DNA of 55,776 bases from Candidatus Limnocylindrus sp. (GTDB lineage: Bacteria; Chloroflexota; Limnocylindria; Limnocylindrales; Limnocylindraceae). The stretch is from the NCBI GenBank assembly GCA_051006395.1, contig JBPCTG010000074.1, forward strand, positions 1 through 55,776, in the 5' to 3' direction. The position numbers were made by a program, and so were the translations under genes. The notes beneath the pieces were generated by a model that had not been told where the DNA came from, did not search any database, and worked only from the letters and a program-made list of their open reading frames with translations. Positions 1 to 7,798 of the stretch are shown here, piece after piece; position 1 is the stretch's first letter; every line of letters starts with the position of its first letter.

Positions 1-1101
1 CAGATCGCCATCGAGAGTGAGATCGCGGCAGATGATGATCAGAAGCGCCGCCTGCGCGCCGAGGAGGAGGCGCTCGACCTACGGATGCGTCCTCTTGAGC
101 GCGAGAGTCAGTCGCTCGACTTTGAAGAGGAGCGCCTCCTTGAGGAGCTCGCCGGAGACCTCGCCACGTTCGGGCGCCGCCTCTCCGACGATGTGCGGAT
201 CGCCGCTGGCATCCCTGCGCACCTTCGCGGCGGAGAAGCTCAAGCGAGATCCAGCACTACGGTGGCGGACGGCGCGGCGGAGACACCTCGCGACGATGCA
301 GCCGATGCCTCGTCGCGCGAACACCGTGCGCGCGAACAGGCGACTGCGCTCTTCGCCCACTGGTCTGGTGTAGCTGCGGGCAGTAACGTGACGGAGTCGG
401 CGGCACCAGATCCCGAGGAGCTCCGCGTCCTCGAGCGCCTTCGACGCAAGATCGGTCCACTTGAAGCGGGGGGCGCAAGCATTGCGATTGAACACCGCGA
501 GCTCCGCGAGCGCCTCGAATCGCTCGAGTCGCAGGCGGCAGACCTCGACGGCGCAATCGCGAAGTCGGCGCAACTCATGGAGGAGCTCGACCGTCTCGTC
601 GAATCCACCTTCTCCGAACAGTTCACCGCGTTGCAGGCGAGCTTCTCAACGAACTTCCAGCTGCTCTTCGGTGGCGGAGACGCGCAGCTTCGCCTTGTCG
701 AAGACGGCGGGCGACGCGCAGGGGTCGAGATCGACGCGCGTCCGCCGCTGAAGCGCCGCCAACAGCTGTCGCTCCTCTCGGGCGGTGAGCGCGCGCTTAC
801 CGGCGTCGCCCTGCTCCTCGGGATGCTCGCCGTGCGACCGCTCCCCTTCGTCGTGCTCGACGAGGTCGACGCTGCCCTCGATGAGGCCAACGTGACGCGC
901 TTCGGCGATGCGATCCGCGAGCTCAGTGAGCGCACCCAGGTGATCGTGATCACACACAACCGCGGCACCGTTGAGGTTGCCGACAGCCTCTGGGGCGTCA
1001 CCGTCGGCGAGGATGCGGCGAGCCGTGTCTTCGGGTTACGCCTCGACGAGGCGAAGCGCATCGCCGATCAGGCGCGCGCCGAACGCGAGGCGGCGCGTTG
1101 A
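1..1101 (+). CDS. smc: Chromosome segregation ATPase SMC, C-terminal part (5' end lies outside the window)
   Basis: The frame is open from nt 1. An E/R/L-rich coiled-coil-like segment is followed by the ABC signature LSGGERALTGVALLLG and the Walker B/D-loop FVVLDEVDAALD. Stop TGA 1099-1101. Confidence 0.9.
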   Translation, partial: QIAIESEIAADDDQKRRLRAEEEALDLRMRPLERESQSLDFEEERLLEELAGDLATFGRRLSDDVRIAAGIPAHLRGGEAQARSSTTVADGAAETPRDDAADASSREHRAREQATALFAHWSGVAAGSNVTESAAPDPEELRVLERLRRKIGPLEAGGASIAIEHRELRERLESLESQAADLDGAIAKSAQLMEELDRLVESTFSEQFTALQASFSTNFQLLFGGGDAQLRLVEDGGRRAGVEIDARPPLKRRQQLSLLSGGERALTGVALLLGMLAVRPLPFVVLDEVDAALDEANVTRFGDAIRELSERTQVIVITHNRGTVEVADSLWGVTVGEDAASRVFGLRLDEAKRIADQARAEREAAR

Positions 1102-2024
1102 GGCTCGCCTTCTGGCGAAAGGCACAATCCGAGGAGAAGGAGCGAGTCGCAACGGCAGCCGCGCCGGTTGCAAGCGGCATTGTGGGAGCGCTACGCCGGA
1201 TCTCCGAAGGGGCTGAAACATGGAAGCCACTCGAGGAGGCGCTCCTCCTCGCTGACGTCGGCCCGGCGACGAGTGCAGCGATCGTTGCGACCGCGCGGGA
1301 TGCGTCGGGGGGATCTGCTCGCGATCGCCTTGAACGCACCCTCATGGAGCTGTTGCACGAGGTGGATGGCGCGCCCTCTGCCGACGATGCGGCGATCATC
1401 TTGCTCGTGGGCGCGAACGGAGCGGGGAAGACGACAACGGCAGCGAAACTCGCTGCGCGCGCTAAGCGCGCTGGGGCGTCACCACTCCTTGTCGCCGCCG
1501 ATACCTTTCGCGCGGCGGCGATCGATCAACTCCGCCTGCTGGCAGAGCGCGAGGGGGTTCCGATCATCGAGGGCCGCGCAGGCGGTGATCCATCTGCCGC
1601 CATCCACGACGCGCTCACCGCTGCCGCAGCACGAGACCTCACTCCGGTGATCGTAGACACGGCGGGGCGCATGCAGACGAAGGTCGGCCTAATGGAGGAG
1701 CTTGCAAAGATTCGGCGCGTCATCAGCAAGGTTGCACCAGACGCCGCGACCGAGGTGCTGCTGGTACTCGACGCAACGCTCGGTCAGAACGGCCTCGCGC
1801 AGGCACGTGGCTTCGATCGCGCTGCAGGGATTGACGGAGTGGTGCTCACAAAACTCGACGCTGGTGCTCGCGGTGGTGCGGCGCTCGGACTACGGAGGGA
1901 GCTCGGCCTGCCGATTCGCTGGATTGCCGCCGGCGAGCGAGCGGAGGATCTCCTCCCGTTTGACGCGGCGGCCTTCGTTGCCGGACTGCTCGGCGAAACT
2001 ATTACGAAGAGCGCGGGCGAGTAG
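1098..2024 (+). CDS. ftsY: Signal recognition particle receptor FtsY
   Basis: The TTG start overlaps the smc stop (TTGA). SRP-GTPase NG motifs: GANGAGKTTTAAKLA, VDTAGR, LTKLDAGARGG. Confidence 0.93.
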   Translation: MRLAFWRKAQSEEKERVATAAAPVASGIVGALRRISEGAETWKPLEEALLLADVGPATSAAIVATARDASGGSARDRLERTLMELLHEVDGAPSADDAAIILLVGANGAGKTTTAAKLAARAKRAGASPLLVAADTFRAAAIDQLRLLAEREGVPIIEGRAGGDPSAAIHDALTAAAARDLTPVIVDTAGRMQTKVGLMEELAKIRRVISKVAPDAATEVLLVLDATLGQNGLAQARGFDRAAGIDGVVLTKLDAGARGGAALGLRRELGLPIRWIAAGERAEDLLPFDAAAFVAGLLGETITKSAGE

Positions 2025-3309
2025 CGTTCAGGTCAGCGATGGTGCGGAGCCGTCCGAGCGGCGAAATGCCAAGGTAGATACCGACGAGCACCGCGGCAGC
2101 TCCGCCAACAACCAGTGAGGCGCCGCTCCCCGATGCGCTCGATCCGATGAGTCCGCCAACCACGATTCCAGCAAGGCGCGCCAGGATCCCGACGCCTTCA
2201 AAGGCGGCATTCGATCGACCTTGATACGCGTCGGGGATGAGCCTCGCGCGGATCGTGGCCTGGTTCGCCTCCCAGACGGTCTCGAATCCATCGCTCAGGA
2301 GCTGATGGCCGATGAGCATTGCGAATCCGAGGAGCGTTGGCCCAGGGGAAAGCGGCACCAGGAGGAGCCCAGCGCCGACCAACGCATAGCTCACCGCGAG
2401 CGAGCGGCCGAGGCCGAGCCAGCGCGAGAAGCGCTCGGTGAGGATCCCGCCGCTGAATGCGGCGATTCCACCGACCGCGGCGATCGCTCCGATCGCCTCT
2501 GGCCCGAGGCCGAGCCCACGCGTGAGGAAGAGCATGTACGACGAGCGGAAGAGTCCGAAGTAGAGGCCAATTACCGCTCCGCTGAAGAGGAGCGGACGAA
2601 GCGGCTGCTCCGCCCACGTTCGGCGGAGCCCGTCGATCACCTCGTAACGAACGCTCTTCCGTGCTGACGTTGGCGGCAGCGCGGGCTCACGGACGCGGAG
2701 CAGAGTGAGGAGCGCCGCGGATGCAACATAGGTGAGTGCGTCAACGCCGATCGCCGCTGGCCCGCCGATGCGGGCGACGAGGAGGCCGGCAACGCCGAAC
2801 CCGAAGAACTCAGCAGCGCCGCGGATGCCGAGAAGGCGCGCGAGAATCCGGCGCAGCTGCGGTGCGGGGACGAGTCCAACCAGGTAGCTGCGTTCTGCGA
2901 TGTCGAATGCGGTCGTACAGGCGCCGCTCGCTGCGCTCACGAAGATAAGATGGGGGAGCGCCACGCCGCCGAAGAGAAGGGCGCTTGCTGGGATGCTTCC
3001 GAGGAGCGCTGCGCGCGCGAGGTCAGCGGTGATGAGGAGTGGTCGTCGCGGGAGCCGATCGATCCAGACGCCTGCGAACTGGCTGATAAGCGCCGCAGCC
3101 AGCAGGTCGACTGCCGCGAGGAGCGCCGCCTCGATGGGGGTGACGCCGAGGCCGAGGATCGCGAGCAGCGGAAGCGCCGAACGAGTGATGAACGATCCGA
3201 AGCTCGAGATCGCCTGTGCCCCCACGAGTAGGTTCACATCGCGCGAGACGGCCCGAGGTTCGTCGCGCCGTGGTGCGCGTCCACGGGTTAGGGGCTTCGC
3301 CGTTGGCAT
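2002..3309 (-). CDS. MFS-type transporter (multi-pass membrane protein)
   Basis: About 12 hydrophobic segments with an MFS-like pattern (DRLPRRPLL loop). The longest ORF runs to 3912 but would overlap ffh. ATG 3309 is chosen as the start (MPTAKPL...) because of the -10-like hexamer geometry upstream. ATG 3330/3333 remain possible. Confidence 0.78.
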   Translation of the reverse strand: MPTAKPLTRGRAPRRDEPRAVSRDVNLLVGAQAISSFGSFITRSALPLLAILGLGVTPIEAALLAAVDLLAAALISQFAGVWIDRLPRRPLLITADLARAALLGSIPASALLFGGVALPHLIFVSAASGACTTAFDIAERSYLVGLVPAPQLRRILARLLGIRGAAEFFGFGVAGLLVARIGGPAAIGVDALTYVASAALLTLLRVREPALPPTSARKSVRYEVIDGLRRTWAEQPLRPLLFSGAVIGLYFGLFRSSYMLFLTRGLGLGPEAIGAIAAVGGIAAFSGGILTERFSRWLGLGRSLAVSYALVGAGLLLVPLSPGPTLLGFAMLIGHQLLSDGFETVWEANQATIRARLIPDAYQGRSNAAFEGVGILARLAGIVVGGLIGSSASGSGASLVVGGAAAVLVGIYLGISPLGRLRTIADLNATRPRSS

Positions 3310-3315
3310 CGGCGC

Positions 3316-3325
3316 ATCGTACACT
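3316..3325. promoter_or_regulatory. Candidate back-to-back -10 hexamers for leaderless MFS (minus) and ffh (plus) transcripts
   Basis: The 22-nt intergenic sequence is CAT-cggcgc-ATCGTACACT-cgcatc-ATG. TACACT (3320-3325) lies 6 nt before ffh ATG 3332. TACGAT (reverse complement of 3316-3321) lies 6 nt before MFS ATG 3309. Neither gene has a Shine-Dalgarno sequence. Confidence 0.35.
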
Positions 3326-3331
3326 CGCATC

Positions 3332-4732
3332 ATGTTTGACGCGCTTGGCAGTCGCTTGCGAGCAACCCTTGGCAAGATCTCGGGGCGCGGCCGCATCAGC
3401 GCCGCAGACCTCGATGCCGGGCTGGCCGAACTTCGCACGGCACTGCTCGAGTCGGACGTTGCGCTCCCTGTCGCCGACGCGCTTATCGCGCGCATCCGTG
3501 ACGAGGCCACACGCGGCGAGATTGTCGATGGCCTCGGGGCTGGTGAGCGCCTTCTGGGCATCGTGCACGGCGCGCTAACTGCAACCCTTGGTGGCTCGGG
3601 CCGCGAACTCGACCTCCGTGAGCGCCCAGCATCGATTCTGTTGCTCGGCCTGCAGGGCGCCGGAAAAACGACTACCGCCGCAAAGCTTGCCGCACGTCTC
3701 GAGCGAGAGGGTCGCCGTCCGATGCTCGTCGCCGCAGACCCGCGCCGACCAGCCGCCGCCGAGCAACTCGCCCTCCTCGGCGCCGCGATCGGCGTGCCTG
3801 TGCACCGGGAGCCGATCGGCACCCCTGTCGACGAGATCGGCCGCCGCGCCCTCGAGGCGGCGAAGCGACTCGGCCGTGACCTGCTCATCATCGACTCCTC
3901 TGGTCGCACCACCCTCGACGCAGAGTTGCTGGACGAACTTGTTGCGTTGCGCGACGCAGTGCGTCCGCGCGAGCGGCTCCTCGTCCTTGATGCCGCAACT
4001 GGGCAGCAGGCGCTCGCTGTCGCCGAGGGATTTAAGGCGGCGGTCGATCCGACCGGCCTTATCCTTGCGAAACTCGACAGCGACGCGCGCGGTGGCGCCG
4101 CACTCTCGATCGCTGGCGGCGCAGGGATTCCCGTCGTCTATCTCGGCACCGGCGAACGCCCCGACGCGCTGGAGCGATTCCATCCCGACCGGATCGCCGG
4201 GCGCATCCTGGAGATGGGTGATCTGGCAACGCTCGCCGAAATCGTCGCCTCGGCGGGGGCTCAAGGATCGCAGGAGCAGAAGGCGCCAGCGCGACCGAGC
4301 GGCGAGCTGACGTTCGACGATCTTCTCGAGCAACTGCGCCAGATGGCGTCAATGGGGCCGATCGGCAACATCGTCAAGATGATCCCTGGCCTCGGTGGCG
4401 CTGCCGCGCAGATCGAGGAGTCGGTCGCTGGCGGCGAGCTGCGACGCGCCGAGGCGATCATCCTCTCGATGACGGCTCGTGAGCGCCGTGAACCCGCGCT
4501 CCTCACGCTGGCGCGGCGCCGCCGCGTGGCGGCCGGGTCGGGGCGGAGCATCGAAGAGGTGAATCGCCTTGTGAAGCGCCTTGAGGAGATGCGCGTCTTG
4601 GTGCGTCGCACTGGCGGCATCGACCCCGCGCGCCTGGTTGGTGGAGGCGGTGCTCTACCCTCGAAGCACGCTCGCGGAAGGACACCCTCGAAGGGGGGTC
4701 GCAAGGCGAAGAAACGGGGGGGGCGACGATGA
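3332..4732 (+). CDS. ffh: Signal recognition particle protein Ffh
   Basis: Starts MFDALGSRL. Motifs GLQGAGKTTTAAKLA, IDSSGR, AKLDSDARGG. Met-rich M domain (MASMGPIGNIVKMIPGLG) and a basic C-terminal tail. Confidence 0.95.
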   Translation: MFDALGSRLRATLGKISGRGRISAADLDAGLAELRTALLESDVALPVADALIARIRDEATRGEIVDGLGAGERLLGIVHGALTATLGGSGRELDLRERPASILLLGLQGAGKTTTAAKLAARLEREGRRPMLVAADPRRPAAAEQLALLGAAIGVPVHREPIGTPVDEIGRRALEAAKRLGRDLLIIDSSGRTTLDAELLDELVALRDAVRPRERLLVLDAATGQQALAVAEGFKAAVDPTGLILAKLDSDARGGAALSIAGGAGIPVVYLGTGERPDALERFHPDRIAGRILEMGDLATLAEIVASAGAQGSQEQKAPARPSGELTFDDLLEQLRQMASMGPIGNIVKMIPGLGGAAAQIEESVAGGELRRAEAIILSMTARERREPALLTLARRRRVAAGSGRSIEEVNRLVKRLEEMRVLVRRTGGIDPARLVGGGGALPSKHARGRTPSKGGRKAKKRGGRR

Positions 4733-4845
4733 CTCAGCGCTCAGGAAACAACCTCCTCGCCCTGCTCCTCGCTGCTCTGGCGATTGGGGTCGGGCTCCTC
4801 TCGGCCCTGCTCGCCGCCTCAGGGGCAGGGCTCCTCGGGCGGTAG
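4729..4845 (+). CDS. Candidate 38-aa hydrophobic small protein, ATGA-coupled to the ffh stop (not in the ORF track)
   Basis: ATG 4729 overlaps ffh TGA 4730-4732. It translates to MTQRSGNNLLALLLAALAIGVGLLSALLAASGAGLLGR, with stop TAG 4843-4845. One predicted TM helix, and strong G/C preference at third codon positions. Confidence 0.3.
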   Translation: MTQRSGNNLLALLLAALAIGVGLLSALLAASGAGLLGR

Positions 4846-4881
4846 CAGCGGGCTCTGAGTGCGCCAACCGTGCGGAGCGGG

Positions 4882-4887
4882 TACGAT
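4882..4887 (+). promoter_or_regulatory. Possible -10 hexamer (TACGAT) for the rpsP operon
   Basis: TANNNT match about 75 nt upstream of the rpsP ATG. Two small hairpins follow: CCCGG-tctg-CCGGG at 4901-4914, and a GGCTCG/CGAGCC stem. Confidence 0.2.
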
Positions 4888-4962
4888 CCGACGACAACTT
4901 CCCGGTCTGCCGGGGTCACCGGCTCGGCCGAAGCGTCGAGCCCAATGGAGGAACCTACAGGG

Positions 4963-5508
4963 ATGAGCGTTCGCATCAGGTTGAGTCGCGTTGGTGCAAC
5001 TGGTCAGCCGTCGTATCGCGTCGTCGCGACCGACCGCCGCTCGCCACGTGATGGACGCTCGCTTGAGATCCTCGGCCACTACAATCCACGCACCGAACCG
5101 CTCACCCTCGTCCTTGATCTGCCAAAGATCGATGCGTGGATCGCCAAGGGGGCTCAGCCTTCCGAGGTCGTGACGAAGCTCATCGGCAAGGCGCGCGCCG
5201 GCGTGAACAGCCGTGGCGGCAAGACCGGTCCGAAGTCGGCACAGGCCGGCTACACCAAGCCTGGCACGCGCCCTGCGAAGGTTGAAGAGACCGTCGTGGT
5301 TGAGGCGGCGCCAGCAGAGACTGCAGCGAGCGAAGAGGCCGCATCAACAGCTGACGCCGCACTTGAAGCGGCGGCCGCTGCAGAGGTTGCCGCAGAGCCG
5401 ATCGTCGAGAGCGCCACTGATGCTCCAGCCGTTGATGCAGCCCCCGCCGCCGAAGCAGCGCCTGTCGCTGACGCTGCACCTGCTGACGCGCCAGCAACGG
5501 AGGCTTAA
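4963..5508 (+). CDS. rpsP: 30S ribosomal protein S16 with a ~100-aa Ala/Glu/Pro-rich C-terminal extension
   Basis: MSVRIRLSRVGATGQPSYRVVATDRRSPRDGRSLEILGHYNP. GGAGGA lies 10 nt upstream of ATG 4963. Confidence 0.93.
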   Translation: MSVRIRLSRVGATGQPSYRVVATDRRSPRDGRSLEILGHYNPRTEPLTLVLDLPKIDAWIAKGAQPSEVVTKLIGKARAGVNSRGGKTGPKSAQAGYTKPGTRPAKVEETVVVEAAPAETAASEEAASTADAALEAAAAAEVAAEPIVESATDAPAVDAAPAAEAAPVADAAPADAPATEA

Positions 5509-5742
5509 ATGCCTGCTGCACAGTTGGTTGAATTTGTCGCAAAGTCTCTCGCCGACAATCCCGACGGCGTGAGCGTCGAAGTTGAAGAGGATGGCGATGC
5601 CATCGTTCTGCGACTGATCGTCGACGAGGACGACATGGGTCGCGTCATCGGCCGCAATGGCAGCATCGCCAAGGCGTTGCGCAGCCTCCTGAAAGTTGTC
5701 TCGAACCGCACCGGAGAGAACTACGTCCTCGAGATCGGCTGA
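5509..5742 (+). CDS. KH-domain RNA-binding protein (UPF0109/YlqC family)
   Basis: 77 aa with the KH GXXG motif (GRVIGRNGSIAKALRSL). It occupies the conserved position between rpsP and rimM, and its ATG directly follows the rpsP stop. Confidence 0.9.
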   Translation: MPAAQLVEFVAKSLADNPDGVSVEVEEDGDAIVLRLIVDEDDMGRVIGRNGSIAKALRSLLKVVSNRTGENYVLEIG

Positions 5743-6352
5743 GAGCGAACGGCACCTGCGCGTCGCGCGCGTGCGCGGCCTCCGCGGCCTGGATGGAACG
5801 CTCCGCCTCGAGATGCTTACCGACCGCCCCGAAGAGCGCTTTGCGATCGGGTCGATCCTGACCATCGAAGGCGACGGACGCACCCTCAAGGTCGATGACT
5901 TCCAGCCCGCTGCGCCGGGGAGCTTTGCGCGCTTTCGCGAGGTGCAGTCACGCGACGCGGCCACGCCGCTCGTCGGACGTTTCCTCACGGTCGCCCTCGC
6001 CGCCGCACCGAAGGCGAGCGATCCGATCCATTGGGACGAGGTGATCGGCATCACCGTGCGCGACGCAGCAGGCGATCCGATCGGCGAGATCGTCGATTGC
6101 TATCGCGCAGGCGGCGCCGAGGTCTATCTGCTTCGCACCCCCGGTGGCGGAGAGCTAGATCTTCCTGCGGTGGCGTCGATCATCACCACGTTTGACCCGC
6201 GTGCTGGGATCATCGTCGCCAACCTCAGCGCCATGGAGCTCGAGCCGCGCCGAGCACGCATCAAGGATCTAGAGCGGAAGCAGCGCCCGCGACGCGGAGG
6301 CGTGCGTGGCGTGCCCGCGGCGGCGAGCGGCGAGGAGGGCGAGCGTGCCTGA
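5696..6352 (+). CDS. rimM: 16S rRNA processing protein RimM
   Basis: RimM-like N-terminal beta-barrel (LRVARVRGLRGLDGTLRLE) and a PRC-barrel C-terminus, in conserved synteny. The start is uncertain. ATG 5696 overlaps the KH gene by 47 nt, and the only downstream in-frame alternative (GTG 5771) would cut into the conserved N-terminus. Confidence 0.85.
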   Translation: MSRTAPERTTSSRSAESERHLRVARVRGLRGLDGTLRLEMLTDRPEERFAIGSILTIEGDGRTLKVDDFQPAAPGSFARFREVQSRDAATPLVGRFLTVALAAAPKASDPIHWDEVIGITVRDAAGDPIGEIVDCYRAGGAEVYLLRTPGGGELDLPAVASIITTFDPRAGIIVANLSAMELEPRRARIKDLERKQRPRRGGVRGVPAAASGEEGERA

Positions 6353-7091
6353 CGGAACGGTTCAAGGGGAGGCGGCGCTGCGCATCGATGTCGTCTCGCT
6401 CTTCCCTGAGACGATCACCGCAGCGCTCGCCGCGAGCATCCCTGCACGCGCCATTGAGCGCGGCCTTGCGGCGCTCACAGCGCACGATTTGCGTGAATGG
6501 GGGATCGGCAAGCATCGTGCGGTGGACGACGCACCCTACGGTGGAGGTGCCGGCATGTTGCTGCGCCCAGAGCCACTCGTCGCAGCAATCGAGGCGCTTC
6601 GCACCCCAGAATCAACGGTGATCCTTCTTGACGCCGGCGGTGAGACGCTGCGCCAAGAGCGAGCGCGAGATCTTGCAGCGCGTCGACACCTGATCATCTT
6701 GTGTGGGCGCTACGAAGGCGTCGACGACCGCGTGCGCGCCTACGTCGACCTTGAGTTGAGCCTGGGGGATTTCGTCTTGTCGGGAGGGGAGCCGGCTGCG
6801 ATAGCACTCTGTGATGCGATCCTTCGACTCGTCCCCGGATCGATCGACGCAGCCTCGCTCGACGAAGAGTCGTTCTCCACCCCAGAGCTTCTCGAGTATC
6901 CGCAGTTCACCAGGCCCCCTGAATTTCGTGGCGCCAGTGTCCCCGACGTCCTCGTCTCTGGGAATCATGGCGCGGTTGCGGCGTGGCGGAAGGGCGAGGC
7001 TGCACGGAGGAGCGCCGCGCGTCGGGGCGGGGCGCCAGGGCGGTTGGCAGAGCCGCAGGTCGAGGCCCCAGAGGGGGAGAGGGGGCGCTAG
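6345..7091 (+). CDS. trmD: tRNA (guanine37-N1)-methyltransferase TrmD
   Basis: RIDVVSLFPETI, YGGGAGMLL, LILCGRYEGVDDRV. GTG 6345 is the in-frame start nearest the conserved N-terminus and gives an 8-nt overlap with the rimM stop. The longest ORF starts at 6306. Confidence 0.92.
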   Translation: MPDGTVQGEAALRIDVVSLFPETITAALAASIPARAIERGLAALTAHDLREWGIGKHRAVDDAPYGGGAGMLLRPEPLVAAIEALRTPESTVILLDAGGETLRQERARDLAARRHLIILCGRYEGVDDRVRAYVDLELSLGDFVLSGGEPAAIALCDAILRLVPGSIDAASLDEESFSTPELLEYPQFTRPPEFRGASVPDVLVSGNHGAVAAWRKGEAARRSAARRGGAPGRLAEPQVEAPEGERGR

Positions 7092-7117
7092 AGCCCAGCG
7101 AGGGCCGCTGAGCCCTG

Positions 7118-7126
7118 TGCTATCCT
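7118..7126 (+). promoter_or_regulatory. Possible extended -10 (TGC TATCCT) for rplS
   Basis: TGnTAnnnT match 49 nt upstream of the rplS ATG. The ~42-nt leader contains a 7-bp hairpin (7138-7156) just before the GGAG Shine-Dalgarno. Confidence 0.3.
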
Positions 7127-7174
7127 CGCCCTCCGTCGCGGCAGGGTTCCCGCCGCACCACATCGGAGTGACCA

Positions 7175-7798
7175 ATGGACATCATTCGCGCCCTTACCGA
7201 CGCACAGATGAAGACGGACCTGCCGCAGATCAAGACTGGTGACACCGTCAAGGTCGCAGCGAAGGTCGTCGAGGGCACGCGCGAGCGAATCCAAACCTTC
7301 GAGGGGACTGTCATGCGCATGCACGGCGGCGGACTTGGCCTCACCATCACCGTTCGTCGCATCGCCTCTGGCGTTGGCGTGGAGCGCACCTTCAAGGTGC
7401 ACAGCCCCCGCATCGACTCCATTGAGGTCGTGCGCCACGGCATCTCGCATCGCGCGCAGCTCTACTTCCTCCGTGATCGCGTCGGCAAGCGCTCCTCGCT
7501 CCGCGAGAAGTTGGGAGACGCCGCCGAGATCGCCGAGGCAGTAGCAACCGCGAAGGCCGTAAAGGCGAGCGCGAAGGCTGCGAAGGCCGCCGCTGACGGC
7601 GCCGCGGCTGAAGTGGCAACCGCCGCTGCGGCGGCAGCCGTCGCCCCTGCTGTCGCAACTGCGACCGCTGAGCCGGTCACTGAAACCGTCGTCGAGCCGG
7701 CCGTCGAGGCTGCACCAGCGCCAAGCGCTGAACCGACCGCCGCGGCTGGGGCCGAAGGCGGCGAGGCCGCAGCCGCGACGGACGCGACGCCGGAGTGA
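7175..7798 (+). CDS. rplS: 50S ribosomal protein L19 with a ~94-aa Ala-rich acidic C-terminal extension
   Basis: MDIIRAL...IKTGDTVKV...ERIQTFEGTVM...RRIASGVGVERTF matches L19 for the first ~113 aa. The remainder is A/E/P/T/V low complexity. Confidence 0.93.
   Translation: MDIIRALTDAQMKTDLPQIKTGDTVKVAAKVVEGTRERIQTFEGTVMRMHGGGLGLTITVRRIASGVGVERTFKVHSPRIDSIEVVRHGISHRAQLYFLRDRVGKRSSLREKLGDAAEIAEAVATAKAVKASAKAAKAAADGAAAEVATAAAAAAVAPAVATATAEPVTETVVEPAVEAAPAPSAEPTAAAGAEGGEAAAATDATPE

Noticed and set aside
3310-3912. N-terminal 200 aa of the 636-aa minus-strand ORF (2002-3912), and N-terminal 144 aa of the plus-strand ORF 2900-4732
   Set aside because: These are longest-ORF artefacts. Recognisable Ffh starts at MFDALG (ATG 3332), and the MFS membrane domain starts near ATG 3309. 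The extensions are low-complexity and would make the two genes overlap by hundreds of nt.
5300-5505. Apparent tandem DNA repeats (GCNGCN periodicity) in the 3' parts of rpsP and rplS (7514-7795)
   Set aside because: These are in-frame Ala/Glu/Pro-rich coding low complexity, not non-coding tandem repeats or CRISPR-like arrays.
6344-6352. Identical 9-mer CGTGCCTGA at two gene junctions: rimM/trmD at 6344-6352 and dxr/rseP at 14510-14518. Both give upstream ...R-A-stop and downstream V-P-D...
   Set aside because: This is probably coincidence of GC-rich codon usage at two 8-nt overlaps. No extended similarity exists around the 9-mer, so it is not treated as a repeat or regulatory element.
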